Below, one piece after another: positions 1 to 10,874 of a DNA stretch of 64,000 nt. This stretch comes from Alphaproteobacteria bacterium. Lineage in GTDB: Bacteria > Pseudomonadota > Alphaproteobacteria > UBA828. Position 1 is the first letter of the stretch. Each line of letters starts with the position of its first letter. A program made the translations under genes and the position numbers. The notes beneath the pieces are model-generated. The model was not told where the DNA came from. It saw nothing but the letters and a program-made list of their open reading frames with translations, and made no database searches. The stretch is taken from positions 192,001 through 256,000 of the forward strand of contig CAXXVO010000017.1 of NCBI GenBank assembly GCA_963422645.2, in the 5' to 3' direction.

Positions 1-1394
1 TCGAAGTAGACCTGTACGTTGGGCAGTTGGTGTAGCTGCTGCTCACGGTAGTCGCGAACCCGACCCCAGGCGGCGAGCCCCGGCAGCCGGCACTCTCGTG
101 CGACGCGGCCGCCGAGTGCGGTGCCTTTCTCCGCGAGCGTCACCTCGTAGCCCCGCTTGCCGAGCGCCTGCGCTGCCTCGAGGCCCGCCGGCCCCGCGCC
201 CACAACCAGGACGGGTTTCTCCGATTCCCGAGACCGGATGCGTTCAGGGTGCCAGCCCTTGCGCCACTCCTCGCTCATGGTGGGGTTCTGGGTGCAGCGG
301 ATCGGCGACATGGTGAAGTCACCCGAGACGCAGATGTTGCAGCCGATGCACTCGCGAATGTCGTCGAGGCGGCCTTCCTCGATCTTCTTGGGCAGGAAGG
401 GGTCGGCGATGGAGGGCCGCGCGCAGCCGATGAGATCGGCGATCCCCTTGTTGATGACCGACGCCATCCGGTCGGGCGAGGTGTAGCGCCCGACGACGAC
501 CACCGGCTTGGTGGTGAGCGTCTTCACTCCCTGGACGAAGGGCTCCTGCCAGCCCTCGGCGCCGAAGCGCGAGGTCATGGAATCGTTGGGCCAGGCCGCC
601 AGCGACAGGTCCCACAGGTCCGGCAGCTCGGCGACGAGGCCGATCAGCTCCTCCGCCTCCGCCTTCTCCAGGCCGTTCGCGCCGAGCAGCTCGTCGACGG
701 CGATCCGGCAGGGCACGGCGCAGGTGTCGCCCACGGCATCCCTGGTGTCGCCGATGATCTCTTCGAGCAGGCGCACGCGGTTGCGCGCAGACCCGCCGTA
801 CTCGTCGCTGCGCCGGTTGTGATGGCGGGAAAGGAAGTGGTGCAGGATGCTGAGCGCGTGCCCGGCGTAGACGTAGACGAGGTCGAACCCCGCCTGGCGC
901 GCACGGAGCGCCGCCGCACGGTGCCAGCGGCGGAGGTCGCGGATGTCCTGCTTGTCCATCGCGCGGGCCTGTAGCGGCTCCCAGCCGGTGCCGGCGACCG
1001 GCATCGCCGAGGCCGCAAGCGGCACCTCCCGCGCGTAGTGGTTGGCGGCGTGCGGGCCGTTGTGGCAAAGCTCGATCCCCGCCAGCGCGCCGAACTCGTG
1101 AACCCGGTCCGCAATCCGTGCGAGCATCGGGATGTCGCGGTCGTCCCAGAGCCGGAGCTCGATGTAGGGGTTGACGTCCGACGTGGGGTGAATCTCCACC
1201 TCCTCGGTGCAGACCACGGCCCAGCCGCCCTCCGCCTTGACGCCGCGCATCCAGGCGAGCGCGGTGGGGTCGCGGTAGCCCATGCCGTTGCAGTGCGGCA
1301 CCTGGAAGAAGCGGTTCTTCGCGGTCACCGGGCCGATTGCGACCGGCTCGAAGAGCACGTCGAAGCGGGGGTCGCGCTGTGCGCCGCTGGTCAT
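1..1394 (-). CDS. Histamine/trimethylamine dehydrogenase-like flavoprotein (OYE family, 4Fe-4S); runs off the left edge
   Basis: Hand translation from ATG at 1394: MTSGAQRDPRFDVLFEPVAIGPVTAKNRFFQVPHCNGMGYRDP...; 4Fe-4S motif ECIGCNICVSGDFTMSPIRCTQNP; nucleotide-binding VVGAGPAGLEAA. Absent from the ORF track because there is no stop in the window. Confidence 0.88.
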   Translation of the reverse strand, partial: MTSGAQRDPRFDVLFEPVAIGPVTAKNRFFQVPHCNGMGYRDPTALAWMRGVKAEGGWAVVCTEEVEIHPTSDVNPYIELRLWDDRDIPMLARIADRVHEFGALAGIELCHNGPHAANHYAREVPLAASAMPVAGTGWEPLQARAMDKQDIRDLRRWHRAAALRARQAGFDLVYVYAGHALSILHHFLSRHHNRRSDEYGGSARNRVRLLEEIIGDTRDAVGDTCAVPCRIAVDELLGANGLEKAEAEELIGLVAELPDLWDLSLAAWPNDSMTSRFGAEGWQEPFVQGVKTLTTKPVVVVGRYTSPDRMASVINKGIADLIGCARPSIADPFLPKKIEEGRLDDIRECIGCNICVSGDFTMSPIRCTQNPTMSEEWRKGWHPERIRSRESEKPVLVVGAGPAGLEAAQALGKRGYEVTLAEKGTALGGRVARECRLPGLAAWGRVRDYREQQLHQLPNVQVYF

Positions 1395-1479
1395 CCTCAA
1401 CCTCCGTCAGTCGCCGGGGCGCAGCTTACGCGATCGCGGCCCCTGCCGCTGAGCCCATCGGGCTCTTGAGAGACGCGGG

Positions 1480-2728
1480 CTACACCTCTGCCGCGGCGAG
1501 CAGAGACGCGTTGCCACCCGCCGCCGTGGTGTCAACGCAGAGGTGGCGCTCCAGCACATGGTGTTCGGGCGCGTCAGGCTCCGTGATCAGCGGCAGGATC
1601 GGACCGGGGCGACGAGCGAGCGCAACACGCATTGCCGCCAGCGCATCGCGATCCGCGACGCAGGCGACGGCGGCGATGCCGGGCAGGGTGAAGAGCGCGC
1701 CCGGCGCGACCTGACCGTCGAGCACGACCACGAGGGGATCGGTCGCGTGAGCGGTGAGCGCCGCGCTCGCACCGTCGGCGAGCGCCACCACGGCGTTTCC
1801 CGCTTCGCGGGCCGCCGCGACCTGCGCGCGCACCGCCTCGGCGCCGGGGCCGAGGCAGAGCACCACGCCACGGGGCACGAACGAGAGCCGGTTGGATTCG
1901 CCCGTCGGGCCGGGGAGGTCCAGCGGTGCGAAGCGGCCGTCGTCTCCACGGTGCGTCCCTGCCGGGAGGGCGCGTTCGGCGTCGGCGATGGCGGCATCGA
2001 GCAACGCCTCGTTGATCACCGCGCCCGAAGGCCGGCCTCCGGCCGGGGCGGTCCCGCCCGTGAGACGACCTACGTAGTGCGGGCCTCCCGCCTTCGGCCC
2101 GGTGCCGCTAAGGCCTTCGCCGCCGAAGGGCTGCGAGCCCACCACCGCGCCGATCTGGTTGCGATTGACGTAGATGTTGCCCGCGCGCACGCGATCCACG
2201 ATGTGCTGCACGCGGTCGTCGATGCGGGTGTGCAGGCCGAAGGTGAGCCCGTAGCCGGCCCCGTTGACGGCATCGACGACGGCGTCGATCTCGTCGGCGC
2301 CGAAGCTCGCGACGTGCAGCACCGGCCCGAAGATTTCCTCGTCGAGCGCCTCGATGCCGGTGACCCTGAGCAGTGTCGGCGGCACGAAGGTGCCGTCCCC
2401 CGGCGCCGCGAGCCGCTTGAGCAGGCGTCCTTCCCGCTCGGCCTCCACGCAGTGCGCCTCGATGCGGTCCCGCGCGTCCGTGTCGATGACTGGGCCTATG
2501 TCGGTGACGAGGTCCCAGGGGTCGCCGATGTGAAGCGCGTCCATGGCGCCGAACAGCATCTCCAGAATCCGCTCCTCGACCTCGCGCTGGATATAGAGGA
2601 CGCGCAGCGCCGAGCAGCGCTGGCCGGCACTCTGGAACGCGGAGGCGACGATATCGCGCACCGCCTGCTCGGGCAGCGCGGTGGAATCGACGATCATCGC
2701 GTTGAGCCCGCCGGTCTCCGCGATCAAC
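1480..2728 (-). pseudogene. putA: 3' fragment of bifunctional PutA (P5C dehydrogenase part), 5' part removed at IS21
   Basis: IAETGGLNAMIVDSTALPEQ, SAFQSAGQRCSALR, GPKAGGPHY, DTTAAGGNASLL; begins mid-domain exactly at the IS21 end. Confidence 0.9.
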
Positions 2729-2930
2729 TGTCAATCGGCTTTCAATACTGACCCCCGATCGGCGTGCAAAATTGACCCCCCTGAGTGGCACGGCGGAGGT
2801 TGTCCCGGTAGCCAATAGGGGGGACCCGCGCGGCTTCGTGTGGCGCCCTGCGCTACGCGGAGCGAAGCCGCGTGGGGGGTCCCTGTTGGCCCACCGGGGC
2901 AACCGGGCCGCAAGGGAGGCCGGCGGCGGG

Positions 2931-3659
2931 TCAGGAGCGGTTCTTGAAGCGCCAGCTCTCGTTGCCGGTCTCGATGATCTCGCAATGATGGGTGAGGCGA
3001 TCGAGCAGCGCTGTGGTCATCTTGGGGTCGCCGAAGACGGATGGCCATTCGCCGAAGGCGAGGTTTGTGGTGATGACGATCGAGGTGCGCTCGTAGAGCC
3101 GGCTCATCAGATGGAAGAGCAGCTGCCCACCGGCCTGGGCGAAGGGCAGGTAGCCGAGCTCGTCGAGGATGACGAAGTCGCGGCGGACGAGCTGGTCTGC
3201 AGTGCGGCCCTGGCGTCCGGCGCGAAGCTCGGCCTCGAGGAGGTTGACCAGGTCGACGACGTTGTAGCACCGGCCGCGCGCGCCCTTGCGGATGCAGGAC
3301 CGCGCGATGGCGACGGCGAGATGGGTCTTGCCGGTACCGGTGCCGCCGACCAGCACGATGTTGCGTTTGCCCTCGAGGAAGCCGCCGCCGGCGAGCTCCT
3401 GGATCAGGGGCTCGTTGACCGGCGAGGCGGCGAAGTCGAAGTCGGCCAGCTCCTTGACCGTCGGCAGCTTGGCGGAGGCCATCTGGTACTTGATCGAGCG
3501 GGCCCTCTTGTCGGCGATCTCGACCTGCAGCAGCGTACCGATGATCTGTTGCACCGGATGGCGGCGCTTGAGCCCGTCGGCAAGGATGTCGTCGTAAGCG
3601 GCGCGCATACCTGCGAGCTTCAGCTGGGTCATCATCTCCAGCACATCATGACGCTCCAT
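2931..3659 (-). CDS. istB: IS21 helper ATPase IstB
   Basis: Walker [24 protein letters not shown]. Confidence 0.95.
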   Translation of the reverse strand: MERHDVLEMMTQLKLAGMRAAYDDILADGLKRRHPVQQIIGTLLQVEIADKRARSIKYQMASAKLPTVKELADFDFAASPVNEPLIQELAGGGFLEGKRNIVLVGGTGTGKTHLAVAIARSCIRKGARGRCYNVVDLVNLLEAELRAGRQGRTADQLVRRDFVILDELGYLPFAQAGGQLLFHLMSRLYERTSIVITTNLAFGEWPSVFGDPKMTTALLDRLTHHCEIIETGNESWRFKNRS

Positions 3660-5160
3660 GACCGGCCTCCCTCAGGCTGTCGTAGCGCTGACAGTCGGCT
3701 ACCGGCTTGTGGCGAAGCTGCAGGCCCTCGGGCGTCGGGATGATTGCCGGCGGTGCCGGCTGGCGCTGCCGGGCGAGGATGTTGAGCACCACGTCGGCGC
3801 TGCAGGCACCGCAGTCGAGCGTCTCGGCACAGGCCGCCTCAACCGCCTCCAGTCCGTCCTCCAGCACCGCCGCGAGCACCTTGACGAACTGCCGGTCGCC
3901 GTCGTCGTGGCCCGCGAGCCGGGTTCGCAGGCGGCCGAGCGCGTTGGGCAACTGCCAGTCCTTGAAGGGCGCGCCATTGCGTAGCGCGCCGGGCTTCCGC
4001 GTCAGGATCGGCACGTAATGCCACGGATCGTAGACGAACCGGCCGCGCCCGAAGCTGCGGGGGTGCTCGGCAACGGTCTCGCCGTCCTGGCGGATGACGA
4101 TCCGATCGGCATAGGCCCGCACGTCCACCGGCCGGCCGACGGCGCGGGCCGCGACGCTGTACTGGTTGTTGTCGAAGCGCACCAGACAGGTCTTCGAGAC
4201 CGACACCTCGCTGGCATGGAAGCCGTCGAAGGGGCCGCGATACGCCATCAGGAAGGGCTGCTCCTCCTCGAACACCTGCCACACCGTCTTGCCCGGGATT
4301 GTCGGATGCGGATGCTTCTTGGCGTCCTCGATGCACCGATCCATCAGCCACTCGTTGATCTCGGCGTAGGAGCGGCCCCGCGGGATGGGCACGAACAGGC
4401 GGCCGCGAAGGTCACCCACCTGCTTCTCGACCTGCCCCTTCTCCCAGCCAGCCCCTGGCGTGCACGCCACAGGCTCCACCAGATGGTGCGAGCACAGCTC
4501 CTGGAAGCGGCGGTTGTAGTCCCGCTTCTTGCCCACGAAGATCGTGCTCACCGCCGTCTTCATGTTGTCGTAGATGCCCCGCCGGCAGACCCCGCCGAAG
4601 AAGCGGAAGGCACGCTCGTGCGCCTCGAAGACCATCTCCTGGCTCTCGCGGGGAAAGATCTGGACCAGATACATCCGGCTGTGGCACAGCCGCATGTGCG
4701 CCGCCTTCACCCTGGTCGTCGCGCCCGACAGACGCGCGTACTCGTGGCTCCAGTCGAACTGGTAGGCCTCGCCGGGATCGAAGATCAGCGGCACATAGGC
4801 CTGCGCCGGCGACAACAGCCGCCACCGGCGCCGCCAGGCCCTGGCATAGCGGCGAACCGCGTCATAGCCGCCCTTGTAGCCCAGCGACACAAGGTCTTCA
4901 TGAATCCGCAGAAGAGACAGCCGATCCTTGCGTGCCTTCTTCTCGTTGGCCTTCAGCTGGCGCTCAAGCTCCTCCACCCACAGCCCAAGCTTCGGCATCG
5001 GCTGGATCTTGCGCTCGTAGCTGTGCGAGGTCGCATCGCCCCGCACCACCTTGCGTATCGTGTTCTTGGAAACCCTCAAATCCCGGGCGAGCTTCTTGAT
5101 CGGAACGCCCTTCACCAGATGATCCCGACGGATCTTCGCGATCGTTTCCACAACCAGCAT
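3646..5160 (-). CDS. istA: IS21 transposase IstA
   Basis: [25 protein letters not shown] motifs; ATG at 5160. Confidence 0.95.
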   Translation of the reverse strand: MLVVETIAKIRRDHLVKGVPIKKLARDLRVSKNTIRKVVRGDATSHSYERKIQPMPKLGLWVEELERQLKANEKKARKDRLSLLRIHEDLVSLGYKGGYDAVRRYARAWRRRWRLLSPAQAYVPLIFDPGEAYQFDWSHEYARLSGATTRVKAAHMRLCHSRMYLVQIFPRESQEMVFEAHERAFRFFGGVCRRGIYDNMKTAVSTIFVGKKRDYNRRFQELCSHHLVEPVACTPGAGWEKGQVEKQVGDLRGRLFVPIPRGRSYAEINEWLMDRCIEDAKKHPHPTIPGKTVWQVFEEEQPFLMAYRGPFDGFHASEVSVSKTCLVRFDNNQYSVAARAVGRPVDVRAYADRIVIRQDGETVAEHPRSFGRGRFVYDPWHYVPILTRKPGALRNGAPFKDWQLPNALGRLRTRLAGHDDGDRQFVKVLAAVLEDGLEAVEAACAETLDCGACSADVVLNILARQRQPAPPAIIPTPEGLQLRHKPVADCQRYDSLREAGHGAS

Positions 5161-5362
5161 CTCCCCCACCACCCCGTCCGTCCAAACGACGAGGTGTGTT
5201 CATGGACACAAATCCAAGGGGGTCAATTTTGGACGCCGATCACCCCCAATAGGGGGTCACTTTTCCACGCTTAACAACACATAGTCTACGACATCGACGG
5301 GGCCTCGGAATCCGCGCGGCTCGTGTCACCTAAAATCAGCAGAGGTCAGGAAGTCTGAGTCT

Positions 5363-5818
5363 ATGGCGCTGCACAAGTCGGGACACAGTCGCTCGGCCGC
5401 TAAGCCGTTCAAGCAAGCTGTCACCCTGGGCAGCGCCTGGGGATTCCACGGGTCCTTTACAGAAGAAGGCAAATCTCTGGCTGCAGCGATACAGGTGATC
5501 GTTCGAACCACCGGGATCGGCGATATGAGCGAGGCGGAGGTTGACTTCGTCGCCCGATTGTTGTCTGAACAGTGCGTCGGAGAACATGGAGAGCCACCGC
5601 ATATTCTCAGTTCACGCGAGCTGGAAGTCGTGGAACAACTCGCGCAAGGCCACTCGAACAAACGCATCGCCCGGCATCTCGGCCTTTCGGAGCCGACCGT
5701 GAAATTTCACTTGAAGAACATCTATACCAAGCTCGGCGTAAACAAGCGGGCCCTCGCCGTCTCCGTAGCCCGCCGGCACGGGCTGGGTAAACTGCCGGAA
5801 GTGCCGCACCTGTCGTAG
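5363..5818 (+). pseudogene. C-terminal fragment of a MalT/LuxR-type regulator
   Basis: LuxR HTH LSSRELEVVEQLAQGHSNKRIARHLGLSEPTVKFHLKNIYTKLGV; lies about 80 bp from the IS21 end; no large N-terminal domain. Confidence 0.7.
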
Positions 5819-6000
5819 AAACAATCAGACAAGGCCGATGGACGATGGCCCGGCCGGTCGGCGCGGGGACCCGGGTCGTTGTCCGGCGCGAAGACCTATC
5901 CGAACGAGTCGTGGACCTATCCATCTCGCCGACTGACACGCGACCGGCGCGCTGCCTAGAGTCGAGTATCGGCTTTCCTGGACCGGACGGCACACGGCCA

Positions 6001-6117
6001 ATCGGCGCTGATGACGGCGGAACGAATACGGATGCGACGGTCCTAGACGAATCGAACTGCCGGCCGGATGAAATCGCTAGTGTGATGATCGAGACGATGC
6101 ACTTTGTCGACGCGTTT
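6001..6117 (+). pseudogene. Degenerate relic of a hydantoinase/oxoprolinase N-terminus
   Basis: IGADDGGTNTDATVLD and PDEIASVMIETMHFVDAF align with IGVDVGGTNTDAVVMD and PETISGVMIGTTQFTNAI of the next gene. Confidence 0.65.
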
Positions 6118-6169
6118 GACGAAGGGCCTCTCACCCAGTAAGCGGCGGCACGAAGCGCAGGAGACGGGC

Positions 6170-7714
6170 ATGAGAATTGGCGTCGATGTCGGCGGCACGA
6201 ACACCGACGCGGTGGTGATGGACGGGGCCACGGTGCTCGCCTCGATCAAGGCGCCGACCACCGCCGACGTGGGTGCGGGTGTGGTGGCCGCAATCGAAGG
6301 TGTGCTCGCCCGATCGAAGGTCGCGCCGGAAACGATTAGCGGGGTGATGATCGGCACCACCCAGTTCACCAACGCCATCGTCGAGCGCCGGCGCCTGGTG
6401 CCGGTGGCCATCGTGCGCCTCGCGCTGCCGGCGACCGAGAGCCTCAACCCCCTGATCGACTGGCCCCGCGACCTGGTGGATACCATCGGCCGCAACGTCT
6501 ACATGGCTGAAGGCGGCTACGAAGTCGACGGGCGCGAGATCTCGCCGCTCGACGAGGTCGAAATCGCCCGCATCGCGCGCGACATCGCCGCCAAGGGCCT
6601 TGAGTCGATCGCGGTCTCCTCGGTCTTCGCGCCGCTGAACAGCGCGCAGGAGGATCGCGCCGCCGAGATCATTCGCGCCGAGCACCCGCAAGCGCAGATC
6701 ACACTTTCCAACGAGATCGGCCGGGTCGGGCTGATCGAGCGCGAGAACGCGGCGGTAATGAACGCAGCCCTGGTCCAGCTCTCCGCCAAGGTGGTGGGCT
6801 CCTTCCACGAGGCGCTGAAGGAACTCAAGATCGACGCGCCCTTCTTCATCAGCCAGAACGACGGCACGTTGATGAGCGCGGCCTACGTCGAGCGCTATCC
6901 GGTGCTGACCTTCGCCTCAGGCCCCACCAACAGCATGCGGGGCGCGGCCTTCCTCTCTGACCAGGAGAATGCCGTGGTGGTGGATATCGGCGGCACCACC
7001 ACCGATGTCGGCGTGCTGGCCCGGGGTTTCCCGCGGGAATCGGCAGTTGCCGTCGATGTCGGCGGGGTGCGTACGAACTTCCGCATGCCCGACGTGCTGG
7101 CAATCGGGCTCGGCGGAGGCAGCCTGGTGCGGGGCGACGACGCGGTGACCGTCGGCCCCGACTCGGTCGGCTTCGAGCTTACGGAGAAAGCGCTGGTTTT
7201 CGGCGGGGACACCCTGACGGCCACCGATATCGCCGTCGCCTCAGGTCTCGCCGAAATCGGAGACCGCGGGGCGGTCGCCGGGCTCGATGATGCGGCAGTG
7301 GCACGCGCGCTCGACAAGATCCATGCCATGGTGGAAGACGCGATCGACCGCATGAAGACCAGCGCAGACCCGGTGCCCGCAATCCTGGTCGGCGGCGGCA
7401 GCATCTTGATCGATCGCGACCTCGCCGGCGTCTCGACGCTGAGCGTGCCTGAGCACTCGGCGGTCGCGAACGCCATCGGCGGCGCCATCGCTCAGGTGGG
7501 CGGCGAGGTGGACCGTGTCTTCTCCTACGAGCAGGAGGGGCGCGAGAACGCCATCGCGCAGGCCAAGGACGAGGCGCAGGCGAAGGCGGTGGATGCCGGC
7601 GCCGATCCCGCCAGCATCGAGATCATCGAGGTCGAGGAGATCCCCCTCGCCTACCTGCCGGGCGCCGCCTGCCGGGTCCGGGTCAAGGCGGTGGGCGATC
7701 TCGCCGAAGGTTGA
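6170..7714 (+). CDS. Hydantoinase/oxoprolinase family protein
   Basis: MRIGVDVGGTNTD, SGPTNSMRGA, DIGGTTTDVG; AGGAG RBS upstream of the ATG at 6170. Confidence 0.92.
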   Translation: MRIGVDVGGTNTDAVVMDGATVLASIKAPTTADVGAGVVAAIEGVLARSKVAPETISGVMIGTTQFTNAIVERRRLVPVAIVRLALPATESLNPLIDWPRDLVDTIGRNVYMAEGGYEVDGREISPLDEVEIARIARDIAAKGLESIAVSSVFAPLNSAQEDRAAEIIRAEHPQAQITLSNEIGRVGLIERENAAVMNAALVQLSAKVVGSFHEALKELKIDAPFFISQNDGTLMSAAYVERYPVLTFASGPTNSMRGAAFLSDQENAVVVDIGGTTTDVGVLARGFPRESAVAVDVGGVRTNFRMPDVLAIGLGGGSLVRGDDAVTVGPDSVGFELTEKALVFGGDTLTATDIAVASGLAEIGDRGAVAGLDDAAVARALDKIHAMVEDAIDRMKTSADPVPAILVGGGSILIDRDLAGVSTLSVPEHSAVANAIGGAIAQVGGEVDRVFSYEQEGRENAIAQAKDEAQAKAVDAGADPASIEIIEVEEIPLAYLPGAACRVRVKAVGDLAEG

Positions 7715-7739
7715 GCGGCAAGCAAGCAGGAGCGATAGC

Positions 7740-8849
7740 ATGAACATGCCAACGATGAAAATGCACCTCGACCTGCTGCCCGATTTCCTGCGCGGCACCG
7801 CCTTTCTCGGCACTGGCGGCGGCGGCGATCCCTATGTCGGCGGGCTGATCCTGCGCCAGAAGCTGGAGGAAGGCGCCGACATCACGATCAAGGACCCGAT
7901 GGAGCTCGACGACGACGACTTCGTCGTCTCGGTCGCCAACATGGGCGCGCCGACCGTGATGGTCGAGAAGATCCCGAGCGCGCACGCCATGGTGGAGTGC
8001 CTGCGCTCGATCGAGCACGAGCTGGGCCGCACGGCCACCGCCCTGATCGCCGCCGAGGCCGGCGGCATCAACGGCACGCTGCCCATGGTGATCGGCGCCA
8101 TGACCGGGCTCCCGGTGGTGGACGGCGACGGCATGGGGCGCGCCTTCCCCGAGCTACAGATGTGCACCTTCGGCGTCTACGGTGTGCCTGCGTCTCCCAT
8201 CGTGCTGCGCGACGAGCACGGCAACGAGGTCATCGTGCGCGCCCGCAGCAATCTCGAATCCGAGTGGTTCGCACGGGTGGTGTGCACCCGCATGGGCACA
8301 AAGTCGGAGATCGCGCTCTACGCCATGTCGGGCAAGGAGGCGAAGGAGACCGGCGTGCTCTACACCACGACGCTCGCCATGGAGATCGGCCGCTCCATCC
8401 GCGAGGCGCGCGAGACCCAGAGCGACCCCTTCGCCGGGCTCCAGCACTACTTCCAGACCTCCCGCGACAAGCGCTTCTGCGCGGTGCTCTTCGAGGGCAA
8501 GGTGGTGGACCTCCTGCGCGAGACAACCAGCGGCTGGGCCATCGGGCGGGTGATCTTCGAGGGCATCGGCACGAACACGGGGCAGCAATTAGAGGTACGC
8601 TTCCAGAACGAATTTCTGGTCGCTCAACAGGGCGAGCGCACGCTCGGCATGGTGCCGGACCTGATCTGCATCCTCGATCAGGAGAACGCGGAGCCGATCA
8701 CCACCGAGGGGCTCAAGTACGGCCAGCGGGTGCGCGTGGTGGGGGTCAGTGTGCCGCCGGTGATGCGCACGCCCGAGGCGCTCGAGGTGTTCGGCCCCAA
8801 GTATTTCGGGATCGCCGACGTCTACACGCCAATCGAAGAGCTGGTCTGA
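7740..8849 (+). CDS. DUF917 family protein
   Basis: LGTGGGGDP, EAGGIN, DGDGMGRAFPELQM, FQNEFL, PDLI motifs; AGGAG RBS; usual partner of the upstream hydantoinase-like gene. Confidence 0.9.
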   Translation: MNMPTMKMHLDLLPDFLRGTAFLGTGGGGDPYVGGLILRQKLEEGADITIKDPMELDDDDFVVSVANMGAPTVMVEKIPSAHAMVECLRSIEHELGRTATALIAAEAGGINGTLPMVIGAMTGLPVVDGDGMGRAFPELQMCTFGVYGVPASPIVLRDEHGNEVIVRARSNLESEWFARVVCTRMGTKSEIALYAMSGKEAKETGVLYTTTLAMEIGRSIREARETQSDPFAGLQHYFQTSRDKRFCAVLFEGKVVDLLRETTSGWAIGRVIFEGIGTNTGQQLEVRFQNEFLVAQQGERTLGMVPDLICILDQENAEPITTEGLKYGQRVRVVGVSVPPVMRTPEALEVFGPKYFGIADVYTPIEELV

Positions 8850-9052
8850 GCGCCGCGCGGCCGAACTTCGACCCGCACCTAAAACACCTCTCCCTGTCCC
8901 ATATGTCCGCTACGATCATAGCATACTGTAATTGCAGCCACTTTGAATTGTCAGGCGCTATCTCGCAAGCGTATCGTCAGCGGATTCATTGCAACGCTTG
9001 CGCTTTCCTGCGCGGCTTCGTCGCTGCCGGCCTGCGTATTCGTTCGGTATCC

Positions 9053-9174
9053 GTAAGCGTTCGTTCAGGCCGTGGAAGGGTACGCCGGCATTGTGTCCGC
9101 TCAAACGCATTCCCGACCGCGACCGCTGAGACTCTAGCGATTGAGGGGTAACCATCCGGCGTAGGCCGCCTGTA
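9053..9174. mobile_element. Two tandem IS66-like terminal stubs
   Basis: GTAAGCGTTCGTTCAGGCCG at 9053 and GTAACCATCCGGCGTAGGCCG at 9148 resemble GTAA-starting IS66 IRs; no transposase remains. Confidence 0.5.
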
Positions 9175-9185
9175 TGTTGTTAAGC
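9175..9185. repeat. Left half of an IS21 terminal IR split by IS110 (continues at 10894-10913)
   Basis: TGTTGTTAAGC joined to GTGGAAGATTGACCCC matches the IS21 copy-1 IR TGTTGTTAAGCGTGGAAAAGTGACCCC at 25 of 27 positions. Confidence 0.8.
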
Positions 9186-9289
9186 TTCCACCGGCGCGGC
9201 GCTCCGGCTCGGTCGCGGGAGTAACGGGGGCTTGTGTCTGCGACGCCTCGGTCGTGAACTGGCGGCGGGTGGGGTGAAGAGGCCGTTCG

Positions 9290-9425
9290 TGCACTGGCGT
9301 GCTGTAGCGGCACCCGCTGTTAAGCTTGGCCCGAACCATTTTGTCGGCTCCGGTCACTGATGGCGCGGGTTTCCCGCGACCTCGTTCAAGAGAATGGGAC
9401 TTCGACCATGGTTCCTCCCCGCTCG
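9290..9425 (+). ncRNA. Putative bridge RNA of the IS110 element (boundaries approximate)
   Basis: TGTTAAG at 9318-9324 equals the target left arm plus core; TCAAGAG at 9386-9392 equals the donor left arm plus core; each is followed by a TGG...CCA hairpin. Confidence 0.6.
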
Positions 9426-9455
9426 CGACGGAGATGAAAGGCGGGAGGATGTTCC

Positions 9456-10874
9456 ATGGCGCGCAAGTCTCGAAGAACCCGTCGCCTCAGGGTGGTGAAC
9501 CCTGACTGCGCAGGGATCGACATCGGCAAGGACCGGCACTTCGTGGCGGTCGAGGCGGAACGCAGCGATGAGCCGGTGCGTTCGTTCGGCTCCTTTACCC
9601 GCGATCTGGCGGCGATGGCGGCGTGGCTGGCGTCGTGCGGGGTGACGAAGGTCGCAATGGAGTCGACCTCGGTCTACTGGATCCCGGTCTACGAGACGCT
9701 GGAGCGCGCGGGCTTCGAGGTGATGCTGGTGCCGCCGCGCATGACGAAGCAGATCGGCGGGCGCAAGAGCGACGTGCTGGACTGCCAGTGGATCTGGCAG
9801 CTGATGTCCTACGGTCTGCTGCGGGGAGCGTTCCGTCCGGGCGACGAGGTTTGCCCGCTGCGCTCCTACGCCCGCCAGATGAGGCGGCTGACCGAGGACC
9901 GCTCCCGCTGCGTCCTGCACATGCAAAAGGCGCTGACCGAGATGAACGTCAGGCTCGACTCGGTGATCGCCAACATCACGGGACTGACCGGCCAGCGCAT
10001 CCTGCGCGCGATCGTCGACGGCGAGCGTGACCCGGAGCGCCTGGCGACGCTCCGCCACCGGGGCATCAAGGCCGACGCCGATACGATCGCCGCGAGCCTT
10101 CAGGGGACGTGGCGCGAGGAGCATCTCTTCGCCCTCGAACAGGCCATGCAGCGCTACGACTTCCTGACCCGGCAGATCGACGACTGCGAGGCCCGGGTGA
10201 TGGCCGAGGTCGAGCGCCTGACACCGCCGGACGATCCCCCGGAGGGCGGTGCACCGGACCCTGCCCCCGGCACGACCTCGGACACCGCGTCGGGCCGCTC
10301 CGCGAACGCCGCAACCAACGACACCGGCAAGGAGGGCATCCAGCCCCTGGCGTTGCGCAAGATGATGGGCGTCGACCTCACCGCGATCCCCACCGTCGGT
10401 CCCGGTACCGCACTGGTGATCGCCTCGGAGATCGGCCCGGACTTCTCCGCCTTCCCCTCCGCTCAGCACTTCTGCTCCTGGCTTGCGCTCGCGCCGGGAA
10501 CCAGGATCAGCGGCGGCAAGAATCTCCCCGGCAAGTCGCCGAAGGCGGTCAACCCCGTCGGACAGGCCCTGCGCTTGGCGGCCATGGCCGCGCGCCGCAG
10601 CCAGACCTTCATCGGCGCCAAGCACCGCGCAAGGCTCGCCCGAATGGACACCCCCGTCGCGATCAAGGCGACCGCCCGCGAACTCGCCTGTCTGATCTAC
10701 CTCATGGTGACCGAGGGCCAGGAATACGTCGAGCAGGGCATCGGCGCCTACGAGAAGCGGCGCCTCAACAGAAAGTTCGCTCATCTCGACCGCCAAGCCC
10801 AAAAGCTCGGGTTCCAACTCATCCCGAAAACGCAAGGAGAGGAAAAACAGAACCCAATGCCGTCAATCGCTTAG
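9456..10874 (+). CDS. IS110-family DEDD recombinase/transposase
   Basis: GIDIGKD, MESTSVYW, KSDVLD (DEDD); Tnp domain LAPGTRISGG; GGGAGG RBS. Confidence 0.95.
   Translation: MARKSRRTRRLRVVNPDCAGIDIGKDRHFVAVEAERSDEPVRSFGSFTRDLAAMAAWLASCGVTKVAMESTSVYWIPVYETLERAGFEVMLVPPRMTKQIGGRKSDVLDCQWIWQLMSYGLLRGAFRPGDEVCPLRSYARQMRRLTEDRSRCVLHMQKALTEMNVRLDSVIANITGLTGQRILRAIVDGERDPERLATLRHRGIKADADTIAASLQGTWREEHLFALEQAMQRYDFLTRQIDDCEARVMAEVERLTPPDDPPEGGAPDPAPGTTSDTASGRSANAATNDTGKEGIQPLALRKMMGVDLTAIPTVGPGTALVIASEIGPDFSAFPSAQHFCSWLALAPGTRISGGKNLPGKSPKAVNPVGQALRLAAMAARRSQTFIGAKHRARLARMDTPVAIKATARELACLIYLMVTEGQEYVEQGIGAYEKRRLNRKFAHLDRQAQKLGFQLIPKTQGEEKQNPMPSIA

Larger units (their letters stand above)
2729..5279 (-). 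mobile_element. IS21-family element, copy 1 (2551 bp)
   Basis: Ends TGTCAATCGG...TGACCCC and reverse complement TGTTGTTAAGCGTGGAAAAGTGACCCC; istA+istB; ends and ORF translations match 24002-26552 at a constant offset; no TSD. Confidence 0.95.
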
